A stretch of 64,000 bases of DNA. It comes from Candidatus Latescibacterota bacterium. GTDB lineage: Bacteria; Latescibacterota; UBA2968; UBA8231. Positions 8,947 to 18,748 of the stretch are shown piece by piece. Numbering within the stretch: the first letter of the stretch is position 1; every line of letters starts with the position of its first letter. The DNA is taken from NCBI GenBank assembly GCA_965243025.1, contig CBDETY010000003.1, positions 800,001 to 864,000 of the forward strand. Reading direction: 5' to 3'. The notes beneath the pieces are model-generated. The model saw only the letters and a program-made list of their open reading frames with translations, did no database searches and had not been told where the DNA came from. The position numbers and the translations under genes are program-made.

Positions 8947-11307
8947 TCAAGGTTCGTCGGGTCGGGGCATGCGGTAACCCACACCCCGGTGGTTGAAGAT
9001 GTAGGCGGGCTTTTTCGGGTCCTCGTCCAGCTTGCGGCGGAGTTTCTTGATGTAGACGCGCACCAGGCCGGTGTTGCCATAGGCCTGCCCGCCCCAGACC
9101 TGGCGGAGCAGGACCTCGTAGGTGGCGACCCGCCCGGCGTTGACCGAGAGCACGCGCAGCAGCTCGAATTCCCTGGCGGTCAGCTCCACGGGGCGGCCGG
9201 CAACGGTCACGCGGCGCTCGGCGTAATGGATGGCCAGATCTCCCAGGGCGAAAGGCTCAGGTTCGGCCCGCCCGCGCAGGGCAGCGCCGATGCGGGCGGC
9301 CAGTTCCGTCGCCGAGAAAGGCTTGACGATGTAGTCGGTGGCGCCGCTGGCGAGCGCTTTGGCGATCGTCTTGTCCCGTCCGTATGCGGAGATGAAAATG
9401 ACCGGCTGGTCGGCGAGTTGGGGAACGGTCCGCATGAGCTCGATGCCGTCGGCATCGGGCAGCATCAGGTCGAGCAGGACCAGGTGGGGCTTCTCCGTCT
9501 CGATGAGACGGGAAAGCTCATGGTGGTCGCCGGCGACCAGGGGGACGTAGCCCGCCTCCGTGAGGGCGTCGCGGACGAAGCGCAGCGTCTGCGGATCGTC
9601 GTCGACCACGAGGATGCGCGGCTGATCGACCTCTTCGGGCCGTAAATCCGGGGGGCCGTGGCCGGGGGCCGGGTCTCGGCCCGCTTCGCTCATAGCCGGG
9701 ACCGTGAAGGTGAAGCGGGAGCCTTGGCCGGGACCGTCGCTCTCGGCCCGGATCCGCCCTCCGTGCGCCTCCACCAGCCCCTTGCAGATGGCCAGGCCCA
9801 GCCCTCCCTCGACACCTCGCTCCCCGTCGGTTTCGCTGCCGCCGGAGTACTTGCGAAACAGGTGCGGCAGGCGCGCGGGCGCTATGCCCTTGCCCTCGTC
9901 GCGGACCGAAACCGCAACATGGACCCCGTCGCGCACCGCGGCGACCCGTATGGGGGACGATCGGGGCGAGTGTCTGGCGGCGTTGGAGAAGAGGTTGTTC
10001 AACACCTGGACGATGCGCCGCGGGTCGACCATCACCCGGGGAAGGTCCGGCGCCAGATCGATGAGGACGTCGTGGCCGTTGCCTCCGGCAAGGAACGTGT
10101 TCCTCGCCCGGTCCACCAGTACGGCCACCTCGGCTGGCTCGGGGGTCACCGAGAGGGTGCCCGAATCGATGCGTCCGGCATCGAGCAGGTCGCTGATCAA
10201 ACCGCGCATGTGATCGGCCTGCTCGGCGATGATCCGGAAGAACGCGCGCATCTCCGCCCGGTCCAGGGTCGACGAGGCTTCCTGCAGGGTGGCGGCCGAT
10301 CCCTTGATGGAGGTCAGGGGCGCGCGGAGCTCGTGGCTCACCATGTCGAGGAACTCCGCCCGCAGCCGCTCGAGTTCCTCCAGGGGCGCCAGGTCCTGCA
10401 GGGTGACGACCACCGATTCGACGGCACCGTCGGCGGCATGGATGGGGGTGCAATTGACCAGCGTGGTGACACTGCGTCCGTCGGGTACGGAGAGCACGAT
10501 TTCCTCGGCGCGCTTCGTCTCGGCGCTGCTGAGTTCGCGGGACAGCGCAAACTGATCGAGGGCGACCTCGCGCCCGTCCGCAAAGCGGCAGGTCATGACC
10601 TGGAGCAATTGCTCGATCGGTTCCCCCTGGGTGCGCAGGACGTCGACGAGGCGCCGCGCTTCCCGGTTGAACGACACCGGGGTGCCGGTGCGGGCATCGA
10701 ACACCGCGACGCCCACCGGCGAGGTGTCGATCAGGGCCTCGAGGTCGCCGCGGGCCCGGCGCTCGTCGCGGTAGGTGCGCGCGTTGGCGATCGCGGCGGC
10801 GGCCTGGGAGGCGAACAGCACCAGGGTCTCCTCGTCCTCGTCGGTGAACGCCGCCTCGTCCTCCTTGTCGACCAGGTAGAAGTTGCCGACGTGTATGCCG
10901 CAGTGGCGCATCGGCGCGCCCTGGAAGGTCCCCCACGGCAGCCGGTCCGCGGAGAACCCCAGGGCGCGCACATAGTCCGGGCCGTCGGCGATCCGCAGCG
11001 GCCCCTCGAGATCGCGGAAGTGCTCGAAGAGGCGCGGGCCGTCCGCCCACTCCACCATCGCCCGGTGCTCGGCCTCGGTGAAGCCTGAGGTGACGAAGTC
11101 CACGGGTTTACCGGTCTCGTCGATGGTGGCAATGGCGGCGTAGCGGGCGCCGGTCAGCGCCCGGGCGCTGTCGGCGATCTCGCGCAGCACGGTGTCGAAG
11201 TCGAGGCTCGAGCCGATGCGCAGGCTCGCAGCGCTCAGCCGCGACAGGCGTTCGCGCAGCGCCGCGTTCTCGCAGGCCAACTTTTCTTTGCTCGTCAACG
11301 GTCCCAT
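8947..11307 (-). CDS. Cytoplasmic hybrid sensor kinase/response regulator (GAF-PAS-HisKA-HATPase-REC-OmpR wHTH)
   Basis: H-box VSHELRAPLTSIKG, N-box QVLNNLFSNA, G-boxes DEGKGI and GLGLAI, receiver ILVVDDD/LLDLMLP/YIVKPF, wHTH LTAREFELL...HRGVGY. Confidence 0.92.
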   Translation of the reverse strand: MGPLTSKEKLACENAALRERLSRLSAASLRIGSSLDFDTVLREIADSARALTGARYAAIATIDETGKPVDFVTSGFTEAEHRAMVEWADGPRLFEHFRDLEGPLRIADGPDYVRALGFSADRLPWGTFQGAPMRHCGIHVGNFYLVDKEDEAAFTDEDEETLVLFASQAAAAIANARTYRDERRARGDLEALIDTSPVGVAVFDARTGTPVSFNREARRLVDVLRTQGEPIEQLLQVMTCRFADGREVALDQFALSRELSSAETKRAEEIVLSVPDGRSVTTLVNCTPIHAADGAVESVVVTLQDLAPLEELERLRAEFLDMVSHELRAPLTSIKGSAATLQEASSTLDRAEMRAFFRIIAEQADHMRGLISDLLDAGRIDSGTLSVTPEPAEVAVLVDRARNTFLAGGNGHDVLIDLAPDLPRVMVDPRRIVQVLNNLFSNAARHSPRSSPIRVAAVRDGVHVAVSVRDEGKGIAPARLPHLFRKYSGGSETDGERGVEGGLGLAICKGLVEAHGGRIRAESDGPGQGSRFTFTVPAMSEAGRDPAPGHGPPDLRPEEVDQPRILVVDDDPQTLRFVRDALTEAGYVPLVAGDHHELSRLIETEKPHLVLLDLMLPDADGIELMRTVPQLADQPVIFISAYGRDKTIAKALASGATDYIVKPFSATELAARIGAALRGRAEPEPFALGDLAIHYAERRVTVAGRPVELTAREFELLRVLSVNAGRVATYEVLLRQVWGGQAYGNTGLVRVYIKKLRRKLDEDPKKPAYIFNHRGVGYRMPRPDEP

Positions 11308-11847
11308 CTCCTCCTGTTCCTCCTCCGGATCGGTTCCCCCCGAACCGGCGCGGAGTCGATGGACAGCGGCAAGATCCGGGCCCGGGCCCTGTCCGCATGG
11401 GAGTGGTCGGATTCGGGCGGAGGGGAAGGATTCATCAAAAGATCTCTCAAATTACACCGTTCGTTCACAAATATAAACGGTTTATTCACTGAAAAGATAT
11501 AGGAAATGGGGTATTTTCTAAACGATTCCTTCATACCTCCCCACTGCGCTTCCCGGCTCTCCAGACGCATGAGGGGAAGCGAAGCCGGCTGTCACACCTC
11601 AGGAAGAAACCGTTACCGGGAGGAACCGGGGTCATGCTTTGGAAGGTCCGGCGGTATGACTCTCCCCGGGACGAGGCCGACGGGCTGAGTTCGACATCCG
11701 GTTCAACCTTGCGGTCGACATCAAGTTGACGGCCAAGTTCTGCAGCCCCGAAGACTTGGTCCTGGAGGAGGGCTTCGGCCTCGACAGGACGCCGGGGCAA
11801 CTGGAGCCCGACATGGTCCGGGTCCCGGGGCCGGCTGCGGGGAATCG

Positions 11848-13116
11848 GTGATGCTTTCGGTCCGCGAGGCGGTACGATCCGGTGCAGCCAACCTGGTGGT
11901 CCTGCCGGAGCGCTGGCAGAGCGGACTGGCGTACAACCCGCTGTCGGCCCGGATGGTCCGGGATCCCTATCCCGTGTATGCGACCCTGCGCGCCAGGGCA
12001 CCGGTGCACCGCAGCCGGTTGCTGAAGGCCTGGCTTTTCACCCGCCATGCCGATGTGGACGCGATCCTGCGCGACCATCGGCGCTTCGGCAACGATCCGC
12101 GCAAGGGTACGTTGTCGTCTCGACAGCGGGCCATGCTGCCGCCCCCGGACGAATTCTCGCTGCTGTACCTGGATCCCCCGGACCACACGCGGCTTCGGGC
12201 GCATGTCAGCAAAGCTTTTTCGCCGAAAGCGGTCGAGGCGTTCGAGCCCCGCATCCGCGGGATTCTGGGTGACCTGCTGGACGACATCGACGACCCGGCC
12301 TCCTTCGATCTCATGGAAGCGGTGGCCGGGCCTCTTCCCGCGATCGTCATCGCCGAGATGCTGGGTTTTCCCGCCGAAGACCGGGCCCGGTTCAAAGCCT
12401 GGTCGGCGCAGCGCGCGCGTCTTCTGGAGCCGACGGGAAGCCGGCGCGAAGGCGAGGCCGGCAGAAAGGTCTCGCTGGCGTTCGACGCCTACTCCCGGCC
12501 GATCCTCGAGGAGCGTCGGGCTTCGCCGCGCGACGATATCGTCAGCGCCCTGGTGCGGGCGCAGGACCGAGGGGGGCTCCTGAGCGAACGGGAGATCCTG
12601 AACCTGCTGCGGCTGCTGCTGGCCGCCGGCAGCGAGACCACCACGAACCTGATCGGCAACGGCATCCTCGCCCTTCTCCGCCATCCCGATCAGCTTCGGC
12701 GGCTCCGGGAAGCCCCGGGCCTGATCCCGGGAGCCGTGGAGGAACTGCTCCGTTTCGACGCTCCGGTGCAGGCGGATATCCGGCGTGTGCTGACCGACTG
12801 CGAGGTGAACGGCATCCCGTTGCGGAAAGGCGACACCGTCGTGCCTCTCCTGGGCGCCGCCAACCGGGACCCGGAGGCGTTCGACCATCCGGACCGGCTC
12901 GATGTCGAGCGCCGCCCGGTTCCCCACCTTTCGTTCGGCAGCGGGATCCACCATTGCCTCGGGGCGCCCCTGGCGCGTCAGCAGGGCAGGATCGTTCTCG
13001 AGATGCTTCTCGCCCGGTTCCGGTCGATGAGCCTGCTCGGGGACCGCCCCCGGTTTCGCAGGAGCATCATATTCCGAAGCCTGGAGTCCCTCCCCCTGCG
13101 CTGCGTCCCCTCCTGA
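11848..13116 (+). CDS. Cytochrome P450
   Basis: DPPDHTRLR, I-helix AAGSETT, ExxR (EELLR) and heme ligand HLSFGSGIHHCLG. Confidence 0.95.
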   Translation: MMLSVREAVRSGAANLVVLPERWQSGLAYNPLSARMVRDPYPVYATLRARAPVHRSRLLKAWLFTRHADVDAILRDHRRFGNDPRKGTLSSRQRAMLPPPDEFSLLYLDPPDHTRLRAHVSKAFSPKAVEAFEPRIRGILGDLLDDIDDPASFDLMEAVAGPLPAIVIAEMLGFPAEDRARFKAWSAQRARLLEPTGSRREGEAGRKVSLAFDAYSRPILEERRASPRDDIVSALVRAQDRGGLLSEREILNLLRLLLAAGSETTTNLIGNGILALLRHPDQLRRLREAPGLIPGAVEELLRFDAPVQADIRRVLTDCEVNGIPLRKGDTVVPLLGAANRDPEAFDHPDRLDVERRPVPHLSFGSGIHHCLGAPLARQQGRIVLEMLLARFRSMSLLGDRPRFRRSIIFRSLESLPLRCVPS

Positions 13117-13191
13117 GGCGGGGTCGCGTGAGTCCCCCGAAGCCTGGTCCCTCGCTGCTCCAAGGGAGTATCCGGAAGTCAGGGCACTGTC

Positions 13192-14343
13192 ATGAGTGAG
13201 CGCGACGCGTTCGATCGCGTTCTGGGATTGTTGCACGAAGCTGCCCTCGACGAGGCCCGCTTTCCCGCCGCCTCCGCCCTCATCGACGAGGCGTTGGGGG
13301 CGAAGGGGAATTCGCTGGTGTTCGGAGCAGGGCGACCCGGGGAGGGCGTCCAGATCTTCTACGCCGGGTTCTTCTACCGCGGGCAACGTAACCGGGAATT
13401 GGAGCGCAGGTATTTCGATGTCTACTACCCCCGGGACGAACGCATTCCGCGCCTCCGGGGCCTGCCCGACAGCCAGCTGGTCCACTGCAGGGACCTCTAC
13501 ACGGACGCGGAGTTGAAGCGCTCCCCGGCCTGGAACGAGGCGCTGCCTCTCGGCCACACCCAGAACAGTCTCAACGTGCGCCTGGATGGACCGGACGGCA
13601 CGCGCATCGTCTGGGTCGTCAACGACCCCGTCGACACGGACGGCTGGTCGTCTTCGCAGATCGAATCGGTCCGGCGCCTCCTGCCTCACATCCGCCAATA
13701 CGTGAGAGTCCGCCAGGCACTGGCCAACGCAGGAGCCCTCGGAACGTCGCTGGACGACATGCTGGACACCGCCGGGTCGGGTATCGTCCAGTTGGACTGG
13801 CGCGGACGGATCCTCGAGGCGAACGACCGCGCCCGGGAAATGCTTCGAGTCGACGACGGCCTTTTCGACGAGGGCGGGTTCCTGTTTGCGCGCGAGCCGG
13901 AGGACAACGCCGGCCTTCAACGACTGCTGAGCCGTGCGTTGCCGCCTTTCGGCGCCCGGGGCGTCGCCGGCTCGATGATGGTAAGGCGTTCGGAGGTTTT
14001 TTCCCCGCTCCGGTTGCACGTCACCCCGGCGGGCAGCCGGGAGACGGAGTACCGCGCCTGGCCGGTGGCGGCGCTGGTGTTGGTAACCGACCCGGGAAGC
14101 GAGACCCCTGTCGATCCGGGTCTCGTAGGGTCGGCCCTCGGCCTGTCGCAGGTGGAGAGCCGGGTGGCGGCGCTACTGGCCGAAGGCAAGACCGTCAGCG
14201 AGATCGCTGCGGCGACAGGGCGCAAGGTAAGCACCATCCGTACGCACGTGCAGCACATTTTCGCCAAGCTCGGAATCAACCGCCAGGCAGACCTTGTGCG
14301 GCTGGTGCTTTCGAAGGTGGACGCTCCTCCCCCTCGTCGTTGA
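13192..14343 (+). CDS. LuxR-family HTH transcriptional regulator with N-terminal sensor and PAS-like domain
   Basis: C-terminal LSQVESRVAALLAEGKTVSEIAAATGRKVSTIRTHVQHIFAKLGINRQADLV; central PAS-like GIVQLDWRGRILEAN. Confidence 0.9.
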   Translation: MSERDAFDRVLGLLHEAALDEARFPAASALIDEALGAKGNSLVFGAGRPGEGVQIFYAGFFYRGQRNRELERRYFDVYYPRDERIPRLRGLPDSQLVHCRDLYTDAELKRSPAWNEALPLGHTQNSLNVRLDGPDGTRIVWVVNDPVDTDGWSSSQIESVRRLLPHIRQYVRVRQALANAGALGTSLDDMLDTAGSGIVQLDWRGRILEANDRAREMLRVDDGLFDEGGFLFAREPEDNAGLQRLLSRALPPFGARGVAGSMMVRRSEVFSPLRLHVTPAGSRETEYRAWPVAALVLVTDPGSETPVDPGLVGSALGLSQVESRVAALLAEGKTVSEIAAATGRKVSTIRTHVQHIFAKLGINRQADLVRLVLSKVDAPPPRR

Positions 14344-14423
14344 AGGCGAGCGGAAGCGCTGTCGCGGCTGACCTCGGCCGTACCCCCGCAGTTCCCCCGG
14401 ATTTCCCCGAAAAACTCCTGAAT

Positions 14424-14441
14424 ATCATCAATTTTGATGAT
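14424..14441. promoter_or_regulatory. Palindromic putative operator ATCATCAA-TT-TTGATGAT
   Basis: Perfect 8-bp inverted repeat between luxR and the adhesin array; largely retained in the second copy near 24073-24091. Confidence 0.45.
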
Positions 14442-14598
14442 TCAAAACTTCGCTTGCTGGTTTAAGTTTCAAATTGATCGGATGCATCCCCGATGCAGGG
14501 TCGAAGGATTTCAAGGCTCTCTACGGTGATAATCTCATTGGCATCGGTGGGTTGGAAAAGGAACGGATCCATGAAGCGGTCATTTCGCTTGAGACACC

Positions 14599-14738
14599 GG
14601 GAGGTCTATAATGAATGGATGAGATACCAAATTTAATTTTTTGATTTCCAAGAACCCTGATTCCACAGGAGGTCTGATTATAAATAGATGAGATACCAAA
14701 TTTAATTTTGATGTCCAAGTTACCCTCTGAATTCCACT
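14599..14738 (+). repeat. Imperfect tandem duplication (~70 bp x2) in the AT-rich region upstream of the adhesin gene
   Basis: ggaggtct...atgagataccaaatttaatttt...tccaag..accct..ttccac occurs twice in succession. Confidence 0.7.
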
Positions 14739-14782
14739 TTAGTTCCCGTTCGTCACGTCCAGGTCCTTGAAGCTGCCGAGAG

Positions 14783-17700
14783 ATGAAAATGAAAAATCGA
14801 ACAGGTAATCTCTGGTGCACCCTGCGTCCAGGTCCGATCGCTGCCCTGATCGGCCTGCTTGGGTCGATCGCGTTTCACGACCCCGCCCAGGGCAGCGGAT
14901 TCTACCTCGAATGCTCTACTACAGAGGTTCGGGAAGGCGATTCTTTTGAAGTCACCTTGGTGTACACAGGAACCGTCGGTTCAAATTCATACATAGGCGC
15001 GGCCTGGCACACCGAGGCGGGTACGGCCGACTCCACCGACTACGTGCCCCAGGATACAGAAATCATCTGGGGCAGCAGGGAAGATTCGGCGGACAGCCGG
15101 CTGGACCGCACTTTCCGCACCCGTGAAGACACCCTGATGGAAGGGAACGAGACCTTCACGGTTTTCTTCACCCCCACGAGCAACGTCGTGAACATGAACG
15201 ACCCCGACCGCGACAACAGGTGCGGAATCACCATCATCGACGACGACCCCGGCATCACTGACGTCGACATCGTCTCGACCCCGGCCAGGGACGAAACCTA
15301 CGGAGTGGGCGAGACCATCAGGTTCGGGGCGACCTTCAGCCGCGCGGTGGAGGTGGACGGCAATCCGGCACTTGGCCTCCGGGTCGGCAGCAACTGGAGG
15401 TCCGCCCGTTACCTCTGGGGTTCCGGCACCAGGAGACTGGCGTTCGGCTACACGGTGAGGTCCGAGGACAGCGACGAGGACGGCGTCTCAATGGGCGGAG
15501 GCTACCAGGACAGTGAAGGCCAGTGGCACAACTTCATCAACCACACCGCGGTCACGGCCGTGGGAACCGACACCGTGGCCTACCGGGGTTATGCCGGCAT
15601 CGATGATCAGTCGCGCCACAAGGTGAACGGCTACCTCACTCCCATCGGCACCGGAATGGAGATCACTTCCACGCCTTCCGGTGGGGACAGCACCTACCGC
15701 TACGGGGAGACCATCACCGTTGCCCTCACCTTCAGCGCGGCCGTGGACGTTGACGGGACGGTTCTGTTGAACGCTCGAGTGGGAACCGGTGACGACACCT
15801 GGCGCGGGGCCAGGTACCAGGAGGGCTCCGGCACCCGAACCCTGGTCTTCGGCTACACGGTGCAGTCGAAAGACCTGGATACCGACGGATTCAGGGTGGA
15901 GGGAAGCTACGTCCAGGACGGTGTCCGCCGCGGTTTCGGCGGCAACGGCACCGTAAAGGTCAAGGGCTCGGACACCGAGGTTGTCCCACCGAACTTCTCC
16001 GGCCTGTCGGACCAGTCCGGCCACAAGCTGGACGGCCGGCCATACGCCAGAGCGATCTCCATCACCTCCACCCCCACGGCCAGGAGCGATACCTACGGCA
16101 AGGGCGACGTAATCCAGGTCAGCATCGACTTCGGCCAGGCAGTGGACGCCGCGGACAGTGTATTCGCCATCATCAGGATGGGTTCGATCTGGAACCAGCG
16201 GCATCCCCCCGTCGTTTCGGGCAGCGGCACCGACACTCTGCGGTTCGAGTACGAGGTCGTGGAAGGGGACCGGGACAGCAACGGGATCGACGCCTTCCTC
16301 CCCCATGGCCTGAACATCAAGGCTGCGGGCACCGACATCGCCTACCTGCCCAACCCTGGAGGCGAGACTCCCGCCATGGGCGAAAACCCGGCCCACAAGG
16401 TGGACGGCAGGCTCATAGGAAACGACACCCGGGCCCCCACCATCTCTTCGATAACCTTCACCGACAGTCCGGGGCCGGGTGCGGATTCCACCTACGTCGC
16501 CGACGACTACATCGGGGTCTGGGTGACCTTCAGCGAGAGCGTGCTCGCCACCGGCGCCCCCCAGGTGGAGCTCGACGTCGGCGGCAGGGCGCGGATGGCC
16601 GAGTACGGACAACTGGCCGGGGGAAGGACGATCGACCCGAAGGTCCAGGGCGTCGCCAACCCCACGTTGGTATTCGGCTACACCGTGCAGGAAGGGGACG
16701 TCGACAGCGACGGCATCTCCATCGGAGAGAACAAGGTGTCACTCAACGGCGGCACGATCGCTGACGAGGCCGACAACGCGGCGGTGCTGACCCACAGCGC
16801 CGTGGCGGCCGACCCGGGGCACAAGGTGGACGCACCGGACGACACGGCGCCGACCGTGTCGTCGGTGGCCATCACCTCGAGCGCCGGGGACGACTCCACC
16901 TACGCCATCGGCGACAGCGTCCGGGTGACAGTGACCTTCAGCGAGGACGTGACGGTGAACGTGGGCGGCACCCTGCAGCTGCGGGTCGAGCTGGATGTCG
17001 GCGGCACCGCCAAAAACGCGGACTACCACAGCAGCGATTCATCGGATGTGGTCTTCAACTACACGGTGGTTTCCGGGGATGAGGATGCCGACGGCATATC
17101 GATCAGCGCGGACAAGATCAGCCTGGACGACGGCACCATCCGGGACGCGGCGGACAACGATGCGACCCTGACCCATACGGCGGTGGCCGCGGATGCCGCC
17201 CGCAAGGTGGACGGCGTGCGCCCGGCCTTCTCGAGCGCCAAGACCTCCACGGACGGCACGAAGGTGATCGTCACCTTCAGCGAGGAGACCACCGTGCCGG
17301 CGCTGCTGCGCTCGATCAGCACCATGGTGAACGTCGCCCTGGACCGGTTCTACATCGCGGTCGTGGGCGTTACCGTGGACGACGACGAGGTGGTCCCAAC
17401 CGCCGCGAGTCTTGCCGATACCACCCTCACAATGACTTTGGGATCGGCTGTAACCCAGAGCCAGGAAGTGGAGGTGGCCTACGACAACATCTTCGCCCGC
17501 GACGCCGTCGGCCTCTTCATCGACGGGGCCGGCAACGCCCTGCACCCCTTCTCCTCCCGGGATGTCACCAACAACTCCACGGTTGCCGACGCCGACACGG
17601 GGGACGACCCGCCGGCCCTGACGCTGAGCCACACGGAGCTCGAGATCACCGAAGGGGCGACCTTCGACTACACCGTGGTCCTGGGAAGCGAGCCCACGGC

Positions 17701-17935
17701 GGGCGTGACCGTGACGGTTACGAGCTCTTCGAGCAAGCTTTCGGCGAATTCGACAACCCTCACGTTCACCACCGACGACTGGGAGACGGAGCAGTCGGTA
17801 ACGCTCACCGCCAACCAGGACGACGACGAGCTCAACTACTGGGTGAGCGTGGCGCACACGGCCAGCGGCGGAGGCTACGACTCGTCGTCGGCGAACCTGT
17901 ACGTAGTCATCGACGACGACGATGACCACGAATAG
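14783..17935 (+). CDS. Large secreted surface/adhesin-like protein (Calx-beta-like domain, 5 Ig-like repeats, SwmB-like domain)
   Basis: Signal peptide; EGNETFTV; repeats of TYxxGxxIxVxxTFSxxVxVxG...GSGTxxLxFxYxVxxxDxDxDG...HKVDG; acidic C-terminus VIDDDDDHE. Confidence 0.75.
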   Translation: MKMKNRTGNLWCTLRPGPIAALIGLLGSIAFHDPAQGSGFYLECSTTEVREGDSFEVTLVYTGTVGSNSYIGAAWHTEAGTADSTDYVPQDTEIIWGSREDSADSRLDRTFRTREDTLMEGNETFTVFFTPTSNVVNMNDPDRDNRCGITIIDDDPGITDVDIVSTPARDETYGVGETIRFGATFSRAVEVDGNPALGLRVGSNWRSARYLWGSGTRRLAFGYTVRSEDSDEDGVSMGGGYQDSEGQWHNFINHTAVTAVGTDTVAYRGYAGIDDQSRHKVNGYLTPIGTGMEITSTPSGGDSTYRYGETITVALTFSAAVDVDGTVLLNARVGTGDDTWRGARYQEGSGTRTLVFGYTVQSKDLDTDGFRVEGSYVQDGVRRGFGGNGTVKVKGSDTEVVPPNFSGLSDQSGHKLDGRPYARAISITSTPTARSDTYGKGDVIQVSIDFGQAVDAADSVFAIIRMGSIWNQRHPPVVSGSGTDTLRFEYEVVEGDRDSNGIDAFLPHGLNIKAAGTDIAYLPNPGGETPAMGENPAHKVDGRLIGNDTRAPTISSITFTDSPGPGADSTYVADDYIGVWVTFSESVLATGAPQVELDVGGRARMAEYGQLAGGRTIDPKVQGVANPTLVFGYTVQEGDVDSDGISIGENKVSLNGGTIADEADNAAVLTHSAVAADPGHKVDAPDDTAPTVSSVAITSSAGDDSTYAIGDSVRVTVTFSEDVTVNVGGTLQLRVELDVGGTAKNADYHSSDSSDVVFNYTVVSGDEDADGISISADKISLDDGTIRDAADNDATLTHTAVAADAARKVDGVRPAFSSAKTSTDGTKVIVTFSEETTVPALLRSISTMVNVALDRFYIAVVGVTVDDDEVVPTAASLADTTLTMTLGSAVTQSQEVEVAYDNIFARDAVGLFIDGAGNALHPFSSRDVTNNSTVADADTGDDPPALTLSHTELEITEGATFDYTVVLGSEPTAGVTVTVTSSSSKLSANSTTLTFTTDDWETEQSVTLTANQDDDELNYWVSVAHTASGGGYDSSSANLYVVIDDDDDHE

Positions 17936-17986
17936 GCGAACATCGAAGGCACCGGAACTTCACCACCCCCAAAGGGAGGAATCCCG

Positions 17987-18739
17987 ATGAAACGCACCGT
18001 GTCTTTTTCAATTGCTCTGTTCACGGGTCTGGCATCCACCGTTCGGGCCGACCTGGTACCGTTCGAAGGACAGGTGCTGGATCTGAGGTCCGCCCCGGTC
18101 CATCGCGCCGAGGTCGTGCTTTTCAACCTCGACAACCCGAGTTCGAGGGTGAGCACGACCACGGACGAAAGCGGCTCGTTCTCGCTGTCCCTGAACGACC
18201 TGGTCCTGCCGCGGTCGAACGCGCTGGGGCAGAACTACCCCAATCCCTTCAACCCTTCCACCCTGATACCCTTCGAGATCTCCGAGAGCGGACACGTTCG
18301 CCTGGACGTGTTCAACATCCTGGGCCAGCGCGTGGTCACGCTGATAGATGAACCGCGCCGGGCGGGTCTTTACAAGGCGCAGTGGGACGCCACCGACGCC
18401 GCGGGCCGTCCGGTCGGTACCGGGGTCTACCTCTACCGGCTCGCCACAGGGAACTGGCAGGAGGCGCGCAAGCTGGTGCTGATCGACGGCCCGGCGGGGA
18501 GCCCGGGCGGGAGCGGCGGGAACATCGAGGGAGGGGGGGCCAGGTACGGGGTGGAGATCTCCGGCGGGGAGATCATCCCGGCGACCTTCACCTGGAGCCC
18601 GGACATGGGCTCACTGGCGGCGCAGGTGACCAGCGTGAACAACGTCATTCCCCTCGATCTCGGGGATTCCGGGATGGCCTCCAATCCCTTCTACGGGACC
18701 AGCCTCGCCTCGGTCATCCAGGTCGTTTCAGCGTTCTGA
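17987..18739 (+). CDS. Secreted protein with carboxypeptidase-regulatory-like domain and internal FlgD-Ig/T9SS-like domain
   Basis: GGAG RBS; signal peptide; TTTDESGSFSL; QNYPNPFNPST...WDATDAAGRPVGTGVYLYRL. Confidence 0.8.
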   Translation: MKRTVSFSIALFTGLASTVRADLVPFEGQVLDLRSAPVHRAEVVLFNLDNPSSRVSTTTDESGSFSLSLNDLVLPRSNALGQNYPNPFNPSTLIPFEISESGHVRLDVFNILGQRVVTLIDEPRRAGLYKAQWDATDAAGRPVGTGVYLYRLATGNWQEARKLVLIDGPAGSPGGSGGNIEGGGARYGVEISGGEIIPATFTWSPDMGSLAAQVTSVNNVIPLDLGDSGMASNPFYGTSLASVIQVVSAF

Positions 18740-18748
18740 CCCAGAATC

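Noticed and set aside
11660-11851. Small ORF ending with a GTGA overlap on the P450 start
   Set aside because: Looks coding (EFDIRFNLAVDIKL...) but has an upstream in-frame stop and no clear start; possibly a remnant, not supportable.
11632-14019. 795-aa minus-strand ORF and similar long ORFs (5533..7509, 9518..11050, 20020..21477)
   Set aside because: Antisense or alternate-frame shadows of well-supported genes in high-GC DNA, with no recognisable motifs.
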